Counted from the stretch's first letter, positions 1-10,087 are shown. The stretch is 64,000 bases of DNA from an uncultured Pseudobdellovibrionaceae bacterium (GCA_964400355.1 CAYNTO010000013.1:8041-72040); one strand, 5' to 3'. Notes: a model not told the origin generated them from the letters alone. Numbers and translations are program-made.

Positions 1-459
1 CACGCGCTCTTCGAAACGGGCCTCTGTCATTCCTTGCATACGCACCAGCTCTTTGTAGCGCAGCAGAGAAAACTGCCCCTTGTCCTGAAACTGCGGGATT
101 TGCATTAAGAAATCCTTCATTTCTTCGGTGGGAATAGTGATCTTTTGGCTTTTTGCCTCTTGAATAACCAGGGAACGATCCACCAGATCATTTACAGCGC
201 GATCCTGCATCTGACGGCGCTCAGGCTCGGACAATTTGGTTGCGCCACGGCTCTCTTGGAGGCGCTCATAGTACCGGTTGAAATCCATGTAACTGATAGA
301 TTCTCCGTTCACCTCTGCTACAGTGGAGCTGGAGCCCATAAAATCCACTTCTGGAGAATACCCCACGAACATGAAGATCAAACAGACGAGAATGAGCAAC
401 GCCCACCCAGCGATATTGTAAATGGGATTTTTTCTCTTTTTTGTAATGCCTTCGAACAT
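1..459 (-). CDS. PpiD/SurA-N-like periplasmic chaperone, N-terminal part (3' end lies outside the window)
   Basis: Reverse-strand translation from ATG 459-457, preceded by GGAGGA, gives MFEGITKKRKNPIYNIAGWALLILVCLIFMFVG. This is a single N-terminal TM helix. It continues with VAEVNGESISYMDFNRYYE...LVDRSLVIQEAK, typical of the SurA-N/PpiD N-domain. The frame stays open to position 1. The ORF is not in the supplied track because it is partial. Confidence 0.55.
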   Translation of the reverse strand, partial: MFEGITKKRKNPIYNIAGWALLILVCLIFMFVGYSPEVDFMGSSSTVAEVNGESISYMDFNRYYERLQESRGATKLSEPERRQMQDRAVNDLVDRSLVIQEAKSQKITIPTEEMKDFLMQIPQFQDKGQFSLLRYKELVRMQGMTEARFEERV

Positions 460-535
460 GGTTTTCCTCCGACGGCCATTATCGTAATTAATGCGATTTT
501 TTTTCAAGGAGAAATATTGGAAGAGATAAAAGTTT

Positions 536-1372
536 TTGCTACTCTCTATGAATATGCAATTTTTTAAATTCAACATGAGAACCGCCGTCTACACCATCAC
601 GTTTTTTACTGTGTGCTTCTTTATCTACACACTGCAACAGGACGCAGCGAGATCCCATTTCGCCTTAGCGCCCAGCCCCCTGACGATGAAGGTTCATGAA
701 ACCTACCGGTTGTTTGCTCAAAACGTAAGCACTACAGCGAGCCATTATTTGGCTTTACTGGATCTTAAGAACCAAATTAGCGCCCTGGAGCAGGACAATC
801 AAAAACTGAAAGCAGAGCTTCAAGTGCTGGCCGAAATCAAGCTAGAGAACGAGCGATTGACGCAACTCAATGACCTGCGCTCGATATTGCCGGCCTTCAC
901 CAATATTCCCGCTCGAACAACGGGAAAAGATCTTTTCACCGACCATGCCTCGTTATTTTTAGACAAAGGCAGTGATCAGCGTGTACCGAATCTAGCTGGT
1001 GTCATTACCTACGAGGGTGTGGTCGGCTACACCATCGACGTGCAAAAGGACTCCTCACGCATTCTACTTCTCACCGATCGCCTGATGAGTATCGATGCCC
1101 TAGTTCAGCGCACCCGCTCGCGCGGGATCGTGAGTGGGCATGGCAAAAATTTGGCCGCGCTCAAATTTTTAGATCGTCCGCAGGATCTGAGCGTCGGCGA
1201 CGTGGTCGTGACCAGTGCCGACCAAAAACTTTTCCCTCCGGGTTTTCCGATTGGCCAGATTACATCTGTATACATCCACCCCTCGGGCGTGGGACACTAT
1301 GCTATTATTAATCCAATTGTGGATACACGTAAAATTGCCGAAGCACTTATTTTGAGACCTAAGACGAATTAA
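536..1372 (+). CDS. mreC: rod shape-determining protein MreC
   Basis: N-terminal TM, coiled-coil segment (LKAELQVLAEIKLENERLTQLNDL) and a beta-rich C-terminal half. It sits directly upstream of mreD, PBP2 and rodA. The start is uncertain (TTG 536, or ATG at 548, 554 or 575). Confidence 0.8.
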   Translation: MLLSMNMQFFKFNMRTAVYTITFFTVCFFIYTLQQDAARSHFALAPSPLTMKVHETYRLFAQNVSTTASHYLALLDLKNQISALEQDNQKLKAELQVLAEIKLENERLTQLNDLRSILPAFTNIPARTTGKDLFTDHASLFLDKGSDQRVPNLAGVITYEGVVGYTIDVQKDSSRILLLTDRLMSIDALVQRTRSRGIVSGHGKNLAALKFLDRPQDLSVGDVVVTSADQKLFPPGFPIGQITSVYIHPSGVGHYAIINPIVDTRKIAEALILRPKTN

Positions 1373-1380
1373 CAGACCGG

Positions 1381-1911
1381 ATGACCAACAAAACGTTTTA
1401 TCGCAAAATTCTAATTCCCCTGCTGTTTTCAGTTTTGATTCTGTTCGCGATCAATTTCCAAGTCACTTTGTGGTATGGCTTGTTTGGGAGTTTCGTCGCA
1501 CCGGCGCTGTGGCCAACAATATTCGTCTATCTATGCACCAACCGCGAACGTAAAAAACGCGGTGGCTGGATTGCATTTTTCTTTCTGGTGATTTGCGCCT
1601 ACACAGTAGCATTACCACTGTATGTTTTTTTGGCGTTAGTTGTACTGGCGTACCTCATACGTTTTACTCAAAAGCGGTTTTCGGCTATCGATACCACCGA
1701 TCTGATTGCTTTCAGTCTGATTTCCACATTCGTATTTCCGATTCTTTACGCTGTGCTAGCGTCCCTGGAAACCGAGTTCGTCTTTAATTTTTGGCGACAC
1801 GTGTTTTCTTCCCTTCTTGCATTTCCGTTCATTCCCATCATGCTTTACGCGTCCCGAAAAATTGACCGTGTGCTGAATGTGGAAGAGGGCGTACTGTTGG
1901 TGAGAATATGA
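1381..1911 (+). CDS. mreD: rod shape-determining protein MreD (polytopic membrane protein)
   Basis: 176-aa, very hydrophobic multi-TM protein between mreC and PBP2. Its stop overlaps the PBP2 start (ATGA). Confidence 0.65.
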   Translation: MTNKTFYRKILIPLLFSVLILFAINFQVTLWYGLFGSFVAPALWPTIFVYLCTNRERKKRGGWIAFFFLVICAYTVALPLYVFLALVVLAYLIRFTQKRFSAIDTTDLIAFSLISTFVFPILYAVLASLETEFVFNFWRHVFSSLLAFPFIPIMLYASRKIDRVLNVEEGVLLVRI

Positions 1912-3830
1912 AACTCAATATTATACATGAAGATTTTAATCTTAAAGAACTGCGCAAACGCAGCATTGTCCTCTATGGCTTTCTGGTGGTTCTTTTTAGT
2001 ATGGTGATTTTTCGTTTAGTTTGGCTACAAATCATTCAGGGCTCTACGCTCTATGCCTTCTCGGAAAAGAATTTGCTCAAAGAGATCCGCGTCCAACCAC
2101 CGCGTGGTGTGATCTATGATCGACATGGCCGCACACTGGCCGAGAATCTTCCCAACTTCGCTCTCAGTCTCTCTCCGCAATATATGAAAGACACCGCTTC
2201 GATAGCCGAAAAAGTGGGACCCATTATTAAAATCCCGCCGGCCGAAATTTTATCGACAATTAAAAAAAGCATCCGGATGAACGGCAACTACCGACCAGTT
2301 TTGATTAAAAACTTTTTGTCATGGACAGAGATCAATCAACTGGAGCTTTTAAAAATAGATTTTCAAGGCATTGATATCGAGGAACTGATTTTTCGTGAGC
2401 AACCGTACAAAGATCTCTTTGCCCATGCACTCGGGTATATCGGCGAGGTCTCGGCCCGCGAACTTCCGCGTCTCCAAGAACGTGGAGACAACTTGGTTCA
2501 GCAAGGCGACATCATCGGGAAAAGTGGATTGGAAGATCGCTACGATTCCTACACGCGCGGTGTTCCTGGAATCTCTTTTGTGAAGGTGGATGCAAAAGGC
2601 CGCGAAGCTCTCGGCGAATCGCTCAAATTTTTAGGCCATATCGAAGACCTCCCCCCCAAACACGGCGAAAACTTGCACACCACTCTCGATTTGGATCTAC
2701 AAATGGCTGCGGCGGAGGCCTTTAAGAAAACCGAACATACCGGTACCCTGATTGCCATTAACAAAGAGGGCGAAGTTCTGGCTCTCTACAGCCATCCTAC
2801 CTTTGACCCCAACGTTTTTTCCCGCGGCATCGACACCGAAACATGGTCGGCCTTAGTCAACAATCCCAATAAACCGCTACGCAACAAAGCCATACAAGAC
2901 CACTTGTCCCCAGGATCCACATTTAAGCCGTTTGTTGCTTTGGCCAGTTTGCAAAACAAAAAGATCACCGAGAACACTTTGGTCCACGCCCCTGGAGTTT
3001 TACGCTTTGGAAATCGACTTTGGCATGATCATACACGCGAGGGCCAAGGATACATCACGGTTGCGCAAGCCATCGAAGAATCGAGCAACGTGTTTTTTTA
3101 CAAACAAGGCATTGCCAACGGCGTGGACGAAATTGCGAAGTATGCCAAAGCGATGGGTTTGGGCAGCCTTACTGGTATCGATATCAAAAACGAAATTCCT
3201 GGCTTGATTCCCACTACGGAATGGAAAAAAGAAAAGCGCGGTGAAAAATGGCAAGAGGGCGAAAATTTGTCCATTGCCGTGGGTCAGGGGTACGTGAATG
3301 TCACGACCATTCAACTCACCAACGGCTATATGGCCATTGCCAACAACGGTAAAGTGTTTCAGCCCCGTCTAGTGACCAAAGTGACTAACCAGCGCGGCGC
3401 CACATTAGCGGAGTTTCCACCGGTGCTCACAACAGATTTATCCGATCCTGAGAAACCGTATTATATTTCTCCTGAAAACTTTAAAGTCGTGCAAAAAGGA
3501 CTATGGCGGGTTCCCAATGGCGAAAAGGGCACCGCCCGTCGCGCGAAAATCCCTGGATTCGTGCTAGCGGGCAAAACCGGTACCGCTCAGGTGCGTGGCT
3601 TTTCCGCCGACGAGATTCACAAAAGTTGTTATCAACGTCCACGTAAACAGCGCCACAACGGATTGTTTATTGCCTACGGACCATTTGAAAATCCGGAACT
3701 CACTGTTGGTGTATTGACCGAACACTCGTGTTCCTCCAAAGAATCGGTTCCCATAGTGAAAGAATTTTTTGAGGCCTACGTTGCCAAATATCATCCGGAA
3801 TTGGTCAATAAAACAAAGGACATGAAATGA
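1908..3830 (+). CDS. mrdA: penicillin-binding protein 2 (elongasome transpeptidase)
   Basis: SxxK (GSTFKP), SxN (ESSNVF) and KTG (GKTGTAQ) motifs, with an N-terminal TM anchor. The gene is flanked by mreD and rodA. Confidence 0.93.
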   Translation: MKLNIIHEDFNLKELRKRSIVLYGFLVVLFSMVIFRLVWLQIIQGSTLYAFSEKNLLKEIRVQPPRGVIYDRHGRTLAENLPNFALSLSPQYMKDTASIAEKVGPIIKIPPAEILSTIKKSIRMNGNYRPVLIKNFLSWTEINQLELLKIDFQGIDIEELIFREQPYKDLFAHALGYIGEVSARELPRLQERGDNLVQQGDIIGKSGLEDRYDSYTRGVPGISFVKVDAKGREALGESLKFLGHIEDLPPKHGENLHTTLDLDLQMAAAEAFKKTEHTGTLIAINKEGEVLALYSHPTFDPNVFSRGIDTETWSALVNNPNKPLRNKAIQDHLSPGSTFKPFVALASLQNKKITENTLVHAPGVLRFGNRLWHDHTREGQGYITVAQAIEESSNVFFYKQGIANGVDEIAKYAKAMGLGSLTGIDIKNEIPGLIPTTEWKKEKRGEKWQEGENLSIAVGQGYVNVTTIQLTNGYMAIANNGKVFQPRLVTKVTNQRGATLAEFPPVLTTDLSDPEKPYYISPENFKVVQKGLWRVPNGEKGTARRAKIPGFVLAGKTGTAQVRGFSADEIHKSCYQRPRKQRHNGLFIAYGPFENPELTVGVLTEHSCSSKESVPIVKEFFEAYVAKYHPELVNKTKDMK

Positions 3831-4954
3831 AGAATTATCAACTCAGCATTGATACGCCTCAGCGCACGCTGTTCAAGCGCGTGAGCCTGTATCTGATCAT
3901 TTCTCTCCTTTCCCTCAACGTCATTGGATTGATCAATCTCCTGAGTGCTACAACTAACATTGCTCGCCATTTAAAAGGCGTGTTCAACGATCAAATTGTG
4001 TGGATCTCGGTGGGCTGGTGTTTTTTCTTAATTCTCACGCTTGTCAGCTATCGCTTTTTCGTGCGCTTCGCCTACGTGTTTTATGGGGCCAACATTTTAG
4101 CGCTAATTGCCGTAATGGTGATGGGCAAAAGCTCGTACGGTGCCCAACGCTGGATTGATTTGGGTTTTTTTAACTACCAACCTTCAGAAACCATGAAGCT
4201 TGCCATGATTCTGGTTTTGGCGAAGCACTTGTCTAAATACGACCCGCGGCGCGGCTTGGACTTTAAGGATCTCCTGATTCCACTCATTCTCATCGGTATT
4301 CCATTTGCGCTCACTGCCAAGCAACCCGATCTGGGCACCGCATTGTTGATTGCCATGGTGTCGGGCCTCATGTTGCTCACAATGAAAATTCGCATGCGGG
4401 TTCTGGTAACGGGAATTTGCTTAGCTTTAATCGCCGGACCGGTAGCGTGGAAATTCGGATTAAAGACATATCAAAAAAATCGCGTACTCACCTTTTTGTA
4501 TCCCAACCGCGATCCGCGTGGAGCTGGTTACAATAGCATTCAGGCGAAAATAGCGGTGGGAAGCGGGCAGGTTTTTGGCAAAGGCTTTCGCAATGGTTCG
4601 CAAAGTCAGCTGGAATTTTTGCCGGAAAAACAAACCGATTTTATCTTTTGCGTGTTGAGTGAAGAGCATGGATTTCTAGGCTGTATTGCCACTTTGGGTA
4701 TTTACGCCATCTTGCTCCTTTCCATTATTCAGGCAGCAATGGGGGCCAAAGATATGAATGGAGCCCTGCTGTGCGCCGGCGTCTTTGCGCTCATTCTGTG
4801 GCATGTATTTATCAACACCGCAATGGTCACTGGTCTACTGCCTATTGTAGGTGTTCCCCTGCCATTGATTTCCTACGGTGGCACAAGTACGCTCACCATC
4901 ATGATTGGTTTGGGCTGGGTGTCGTCCGTGCACTTTAGGAAAGACATGTTCTAA
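3827..4954 (+). CDS. rodA: SEDS-family peptidoglycan polymerase RodA
   Basis: FtsW/RodA/SpoVE-like ~10-TM protein. ATGA overlap with PBP2. C-terminal PLPLISYGGTS motif. Confidence 0.9.
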   Translation: MKNYQLSIDTPQRTLFKRVSLYLIISLLSLNVIGLINLLSATTNIARHLKGVFNDQIVWISVGWCFFLILTLVSYRFFVRFAYVFYGANILALIAVMVMGKSSYGAQRWIDLGFFNYQPSETMKLAMILVLAKHLSKYDPRRGLDFKDLLIPLILIGIPFALTAKQPDLGTALLIAMVSGLMLLTMKIRMRVLVTGICLALIAGPVAWKFGLKTYQKNRVLTFLYPNRDPRGAGYNSIQAKIAVGSGQVFGKGFRNGSQSQLEFLPEKQTDFIFCVLSEEHGFLGCIATLGIYAILLLSIIQAAMGAKDMNGALLCAGVFALILWHVFINTAMVTGLLPIVGVPLPLISYGGTSTLTIMIGLGWVSSVHFRKDMF

Positions 4955-4963
4955 GAATAAAAA

Positions 4964-4988
4964 AGACTGCGCGAGGCAGCCTTTTTCT
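4964..4988. terminator. putative bidirectional intrinsic terminator between rodA and trxA
   Basis: Imperfect hairpin AGACTGC-gcgag-GCAGCCT, flanked by an A-run on the 5' side and TTTTT on the 3' side. Confidence 0.5.
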
Positions 4989-5009
4989 ATTAACAGTGGC
5001 TCAAAAAAA

Positions 5010-5336
5010 TTAAACGTGCTTCGCGATCATTCCCGCAATGTTTTCTTTGGGATGATTGCCAACCAATTGGTCGACCACTTGACCGTCTTTAAAAAGCAGT
5101 AAGGTAGGCACTCCACGAACACCATACGTCGCTGGGCTTTCCTGGTTGTTGTCGATGTCCACTTTGATCACCTTGATTTTTGCTTGATATTCTGTGGCAA
5201 TTTGCTCGAGTTTGGGAGCCAGTGCTTTGCAAGGTCCACACCACTCTGCCCAAAAGTCTACCAATACGGGAGTGCTCGACTTTAGTACATCTTGCTCGAA
5301 ATTGGCGTCGGTTGAATTTGTAATATTAGCGGCCAT
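5010..5336 (-). CDS. trxA: thioredoxin
   Basis: WCGPC active site (FWAEWCGPCK). The ORF track starts at 5348, but the second ATG (5336) is preceded by GGAGGA. Confidence 0.93.
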   Translation of the reverse strand: MAANITNSTDANFEQDVLKSSTPVLVDFWAEWCGPCKALAPKLEQIATEYQAKIKVIKVDIDNNQESPATYGVRGVPTLLLFKDGQVVDQLVGNHPKENIAGMIAKHV

Positions 5337-5448
5337 AAGATCCTCCATAGATGATAAGAGTATACTTTACCGACTTTGGTAAGTCATCGGCTTTTGTTTT
5401 ACGCTTAAAATACTTAAAAACTTACGTGATTCCGCCGATATAGAGGTA

Positions 5449-7350
5449 ATGGCAAAGAAGTTAAAAATTCTACTTGTTGAAGACGACAAACGTTTCGGCG
5501 AGTCGTTGAGCAAACTGATCGAAGCGTCGGGCTTTGAATGTGTGTATGCGGATAAGCCGCAAGCCGCTCTTTCATTTTGCAAAATACACACATTCGATGT
5601 AGCGATTATCGATTGTATGTTGCCACAAATGAACGGCGTGGATTTAGCTCTTAAAGTAAAAGAAATTTTCGGTAATTCCCTATCGCTATTCATGATGAGC
5701 GGGATTTATAAAGATCGCAATTTTACGATCTCTGCTTTAAAAAAGACCGGCGCAAAATCATTTCTAATTAAGCCATTTGATCTGACCAACTTTGTGGAAC
5801 AGCTCAAGGAATTGGATTCGGGTGGAAATGCAGAACCTGTTCTCTCAGACAATCCCCTGAAGAACCTCATCCTCCAGGAAAACCTCACACAAAACTCAAT
5901 TTACACCGTTTTGGAGAATCTCAAAACAATCAATGGGCAGGAACTGCCATTTATTTTTAATTTTTTAGTGACCTATCGCGGATCGGGAAAACTCAACCTG
6001 CGTTCGGGCGACAACCTATTGGGAGTTGTTTTTGGAGACAACAGCATCTCCATCCCGCTCACTCCATGCTCGGGTCCCAAACTCAAAAGCCTTTTAATCG
6101 CTAAGGAATGCGTGGCTCAGGACGACCTGCAATCGCTAAAACCTGAAGACACTACAGTGGAACGTCTGATCGCTATGAATCTAATGAGTCCTCATTTTGG
6201 TGATATCGTTTTAAAAGAAAACTCAGTGAGTGTTCTCAATTCACTGGCGCGCAATAACCAAGTCGAAATTGATTTTCAACCGGCCAAGATTGCGCACCAA
6301 AGCCTGGTCTTTTCTCAGCGTGAGATCGACGACCTCATTTACAACTGGGTGCTCAATAGTGAAATGGCTTGGCTAAAGACATACTACTTACCGTACAATC
6401 TACATACCGTTCGTAAGATGAGCACTTCGCAAAATAAGACTCAGCTGTTCCCAATAGTTAGCGGGAACAAAAACTTGATCAACATCATGTTGCAGAATAA
6501 ATCTCTTGAGGAAATCCTCGGTCCCGCTAGTGGTCCGGCCGAAGACGTTGCCATGCGCCTGGTTCATTTATTAATGGTCTATAGGGAATTCTTTATCGGT
6601 CAAAAATCGAGTAGCGCCAATTACCACGTGCAAATTGAACGCCTAAAAAAGCTCAATTCATCAATGGAAACTCAAACCGCATTTGAACGACTTGGATTAA
6701 AAGAGACTTCGAGTGATCAGGAAATAAAACGCGCCTACACGGAAATGTCTCAGTCGCTGCATCCAGACAAACTCAAGGATGCTCCGCCCGAGCTGGTGGC
6801 AGTGGCCACTAAAGTTTATGACAAAGTTCAAGATGCCTACAACAACATAAAAACACCGGACAAGCGCACGGATTACCTCGCTCAAATACAAGGACTCAAG
6901 GAAGAAAAACTCACCCGCGCCAACCGCATGATCGACGAAGCCACAAATCATCTTATGCGTGGAGATATGAGTGCGGCCGAAAGCCACATCACTTCAGCAG
7001 TGGAACTGGCGCCCCACGTCGCGCGAGTTCGCCTCACGCAAACTTGGCACCAAGTGAAGACAAAGAAAATACCTCCCGCAGAGGCTATGAGAAATATTAT
7101 GTCTTTACCAAATGACGAAAAAGAGAGCGCCCTTTACAACCATGTGCGTGGGTTGTGCCATATGGGGCAAAACGAATATGACAAAGCCACCACCGCTTTT
7201 CGTAATGCCATCAATAAAGATCCAAACTTCGTGGCATCACGTCGAGAACTCTCCATCGTTTCACAAGACGACAAAAAGCAAAGCGTGAGTATATTAAATG
7301 CCGATCTTCGTGATGTGGTAGGTCTATTCTTTAACAAAAAGAAAAAATAG
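5449..7350 (+). CDS. response-regulator receiver domain fused to a DnaJ J-domain and a TPR-like C-terminus
   Basis: Canonical REC domain: LLVEDD, IIDCMLP, MMSG, IKPF. J-domain with the HPD motif (AFERLGLKETSSDQEIKRAYTEMSQSLHPDKL). Helical, repeat-like C-terminal region. Confidence 0.8.
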   Translation: MAKKLKILLVEDDKRFGESLSKLIEASGFECVYADKPQAALSFCKIHTFDVAIIDCMLPQMNGVDLALKVKEIFGNSLSLFMMSGIYKDRNFTISALKKTGAKSFLIKPFDLTNFVEQLKELDSGGNAEPVLSDNPLKNLILQENLTQNSIYTVLENLKTINGQELPFIFNFLVTYRGSGKLNLRSGDNLLGVVFGDNSISIPLTPCSGPKLKSLLIAKECVAQDDLQSLKPEDTTVERLIAMNLMSPHFGDIVLKENSVSVLNSLARNNQVEIDFQPAKIAHQSLVFSQREIDDLIYNWVLNSEMAWLKTYYLPYNLHTVRKMSTSQNKTQLFPIVSGNKNLINIMLQNKSLEEILGPASGPAEDVAMRLVHLLMVYREFFIGQKSSSANYHVQIERLKKLNSSMETQTAFERLGLKETSSDQEIKRAYTEMSQSLHPDKLKDAPPELVAVATKVYDKVQDAYNNIKTPDKRTDYLAQIQGLKEEKLTRANRMIDEATNHLMRGDMSAAESHITSAVELAPHVARVRLTQTWHQVKTKKIPPAEAMRNIMSLPNDEKESALYNHVRGLCHMGQNEYDKATTAFRNAINKDPNFVASRRELSIVSQDDKKQSVSILNADLRDVVGLFFNKKKK

Positions 7351-7389
7351 AAATTTCACGATCGCAGTGCAATTACCCAGGCAATACAA

Positions 7390-8001
7390 TTACTTTTTAA
7401 AGAGATTTTTAAGAAATTCTTTTTTGCGATTGGTTTGTTGATCGGTATTTTCGACACCCGCAGTGATGTCGTTGTGCCCGGCAACCTCTTTGAGCGAAAA
7501 CGTTTTATCGAGATCCTCAGTTTTTTTCACAAACTCCGCATAGGCAGCAGCGCGGACGGGGTCGTTGATCTTGTTTGGCGCCGCAGGAGTCTGCAGCGTA
7601 TTTGCGGTTAAACCTCTGTATGCGGCGACATGCTTCTCTACGGACAAGCCAAGCAATTCACACACATTCTTGATCAACTGCTCCGGCTGTAGTGGTCGCG
7701 CTAAGGTGGAGTCAATCACCTTCATTTGAACCTCGCTCAGTTTCTTCATCTTGGTGTCGGGTCCGACCCAAATAAATTTAGGAATACCGCGGTTCTCGCG
7801 AATTTTAATGAACTCGGTTAAAATTTGATCCTGATTGCCAACAACGGATGTGATCACCAGATCTGGAAAGTTTTCTTTTAAGCGCGCATGCATGTCGGCG
7901 CCTTTTTTTATCGAAAGGATGTTGAAACCGAGTTTAACCAGAATGGTTCGCGTGAGATCAAACTCCAGCGCATTGTCCAAAATAAGAAGCACGTTTTTCA
8001 T
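7390..8001 (-). CDS. single-domain receiver-like protein with a C-terminal extension
   Basis: MKNVLLILDNALE...FPDLVITSV resembles a REC fold, but the acidic pair is DN and the K position is unclear. The start was moved to ATG 8001, which has a GAGGGA RBS. The upstream part of the track ORF (to 8073) looks non-coding. Confidence 0.6.
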   Translation of the reverse strand: MKNVLLILDNALEFDLTRTILVKLGFNILSIKKGADMHARLKENFPDLVITSVVGNQDQILTEFIKIRENRGIPKFIWVGPDTKMKKLSEVQMKVIDSTLARPLQPEQLIKNVCELLGLSVEKHVAAYRGLTANTLQTPAAPNKINDPVRAAAYAEFVKKTEDLDKTFSLKEVAGHNDITAGVENTDQQTNRKKEFLKNLFKK

Positions 8002-8125
8002 GACAATCCCTCTCGTAATTATTGTCCTTTGCAACTGCGTCCTAAACAATACCATTATCGCTTTGACGCGCAATGATGATCAGTGCTAGTCTCGACCCAT
8101 TAGTTTGGAGCAAGCCCAAAGACTT

Positions 8126-9220
8126 ATGCAAAAAAAGACCATCTTCCTCTATATTCTGGGCCAGATTATTCCGACCTTTTTGCTCGGTGTGATCGTATTT
8201 ATTTTTATTCTATTGCTCTTCCAATTTTTAAAACTCACTGAACTTATCCTCATCCACAACGTGAGTATTCTGAGCGTTATAGCTCTTTTGCTCAATTTGA
8301 GTGTGAGTATGCTCCCCATAATTTTGCCAATGAGCCTACTATTCGCAGTGCTTCTCACCTACTCGCGCCTGAGCGCCGATTCGGAAATGGTAGCCATGCG
8401 CGCTCTAGGGTACTCGCCTTCTACTGTTTCCTTTCCAGCTATATTATTTTCGTTTGTAATATTTTTCGTTTCGATTCAAACGGTCTTGTTTTTAGGGCCC
8501 TCAGCGCGCACCAAGTTTGAAAGCACTCTACAGTCCATCGGCAGCCAAACTGTAATGAACTTTTCAGAGGGTACATTCTCCGAAGAGTTTTTCAACCTTG
8601 TCCTCTACACCAACGAAATCGACAAAAAGACTCAAACTCTTAAGGATCTTTTTGTTTATGATCGCCGTGATCCGAAAAATCCCATTGCGATAGTGGCCCA
8701 CCAAGGTAAAATTTCGAGCAACGTTTTGGATCAAAACCAATTGGCCGAGGTGATTCTCACCGATGGCTATATGTACAAGCTCGAAGAAAAATCGCACACA
8801 AAAATCAAATTTCAGGATTATGTTTTAAAAATTTCTTCGCTCATCGGCACAGCGGTCAAAGAACGCGACGCCGATACTCTGACATTTGCGGAACTCCAGG
8901 AAAATCTGAAAAATCCAGAGTCTACTGAACGAAAAGCTGTTCTAACAGCTGAGTACCACGGACGTCTGGCGATTGCCACTTCCTGCCTGTTGTTTGGATT
9001 TTTAGGATCCGCCCTCGGTAGTCGGGTCAATCGACGTTCGAGTTCCTCATCGGGCTTCATCGTGAGCGTGATTTGTATTATCACGTATTGGCTGCTCTAT
9101 GTTTCCATGAGCAACGTGGGTAAGAAGATGATCATCCCACCGCAGTACGCGCTGTGGATCCCCAATTTCTTGTTTTTGTTGTTCACGGTTTGGATGTGGC
9201 GCAAGCATTCCCAAACTTAA
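8126..9220 (+). CDS. LptF/LptG-family (YjgP/YjgQ) LPS export permease
   Basis: Three TMs, a periplasmic beta-domain, then three TMs. The N-terminus (FLYILGQIIPTFLLGVIVF) is typical of the family. ATG 8126 is preferred over TTG 8105. Confidence 0.8.
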   Translation: MQKKTIFLYILGQIIPTFLLGVIVFIFILLLFQFLKLTELILIHNVSILSVIALLLNLSVSMLPIILPMSLLFAVLLTYSRLSADSEMVAMRALGYSPSTVSFPAILFSFVIFFVSIQTVLFLGPSARTKFESTLQSIGSQTVMNFSEGTFSEEFFNLVLYTNEIDKKTQTLKDLFVYDRRDPKNPIAIVAHQGKISSNVLDQNQLAEVILTDGYMYKLEEKSHTKIKFQDYVLKISSLIGTAVKERDADTLTFAELQENLKNPESTERKAVLTAEYHGRLAIATSCLLFGFLGSALGSRVNRRSSSSSGFIVSVICIITYWLLYVSMSNVGKKMIIPPQYALWIPNFLFLLFTVWMWRKHSQT

Positions 9221-10036
9221 CGCCAAGTCCTCACAGTTAGAAATCATCTGCGCTCCCTGCTTGAGCAAATGTATATTTCCGGAACTTTCCATTGCGCCTG
9301 GAAAACTGGGAACCACAAGAATTTCTCCACCACAATCAAGCGCATACTGAACTGTGGTCATTGTACCGCTGCGCTGAGCACACTGAACGACAAGTATCTT
9401 TTCGGAAATGGCCCCGAGCAACCGATTGCGATGAACAAAATGATAGTTGCGGACAGTTTCCTGAGGAAAGTATTCACTCATGAGGAGCACATTGGGCTGG
9501 CAACTCCAGCGGCGCACATGCTGCGGATAACAGCGCTCCAGCCCACTTGGCAAGATGAGTACCGAAGGTCTTCCGCTAAACAGCGCTAAACGTGTCGCTA
9601 AAGCATCGATCCCGAACGCCCCGCCGCTCACAGTGACTACCTGGTTTTGGCGCAGGAACTGCACATACTGGTCGTTCATCCAATCGGTAAATGGCAGCAA
9701 TGTGCGACGACTTCCGATAACCGTGAGAAGGAGTTCCTGCAGATAACCCAAGTCGCCTCGCGCGCAGAGAAACGTGGGACTATTGGATATGCCGTGAAAT
9801 CGCGCCGGATAGGACGGGTGTAATGGATGGACTATGGTGAATGCCGCCATCTCGGCATGCAGATGACGGGCTCTTAAGAAGAGCTCCTCTTTTTTCTCAC
9901 CAGCCAGCCTCTCCCGCTCAGAGATCCAGTCTTTAATTTGATGCAGCGGTAAACGCAACAACGACTGAAAGGTGTTGGCGTCATATTTAAGAAGGCGACA
10001 AATAATAGATAACCGTTCCAGGCTTTGATCACGCAT
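9047..10036 (-). CDS. dprA: DNA-processing protein DprA (Smf)
   Basis: Rossmann-like DprA core with VSGGAFGIDALATRLAL and QCAQRSGTMTTVQYALDCGGEILVVP. The last ~55 codons run antisense through the 3' end of the lptF/G-like gene. Confidence 0.85.
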   Translation of the reverse strand: MRDQSLERLSIICRLLKYDANTFQSLLRLPLHQIKDWISERERLAGEKKEELFLRARHLHAEMAAFTIVHPLHPSYPARFHGISNSPTFLCARGDLGYLQELLLTVIGSRRTLLPFTDWMNDQYVQFLRQNQVVTVSGGAFGIDALATRLALFSGRPSVLILPSGLERCYPQHVRRWSCQPNVLLMSEYFPQETVRNYHFVHRNRLLGAISEKILVVQCAQRSGTMTTVQYALDCGGEILVVPSFPGAMESSGNIHLLKQGAQMISNCEDLALSLGMLAPHPNREQQKQEIGDPQRVLRWDDHLLTHVAHGNIEQPIRDNTNHAHDEAR

Positions 10037-10087
10037 ACATTCACCGCGTGCAAACTATTGATCAGTGAGGCAAGCCCACAGCGCGGG

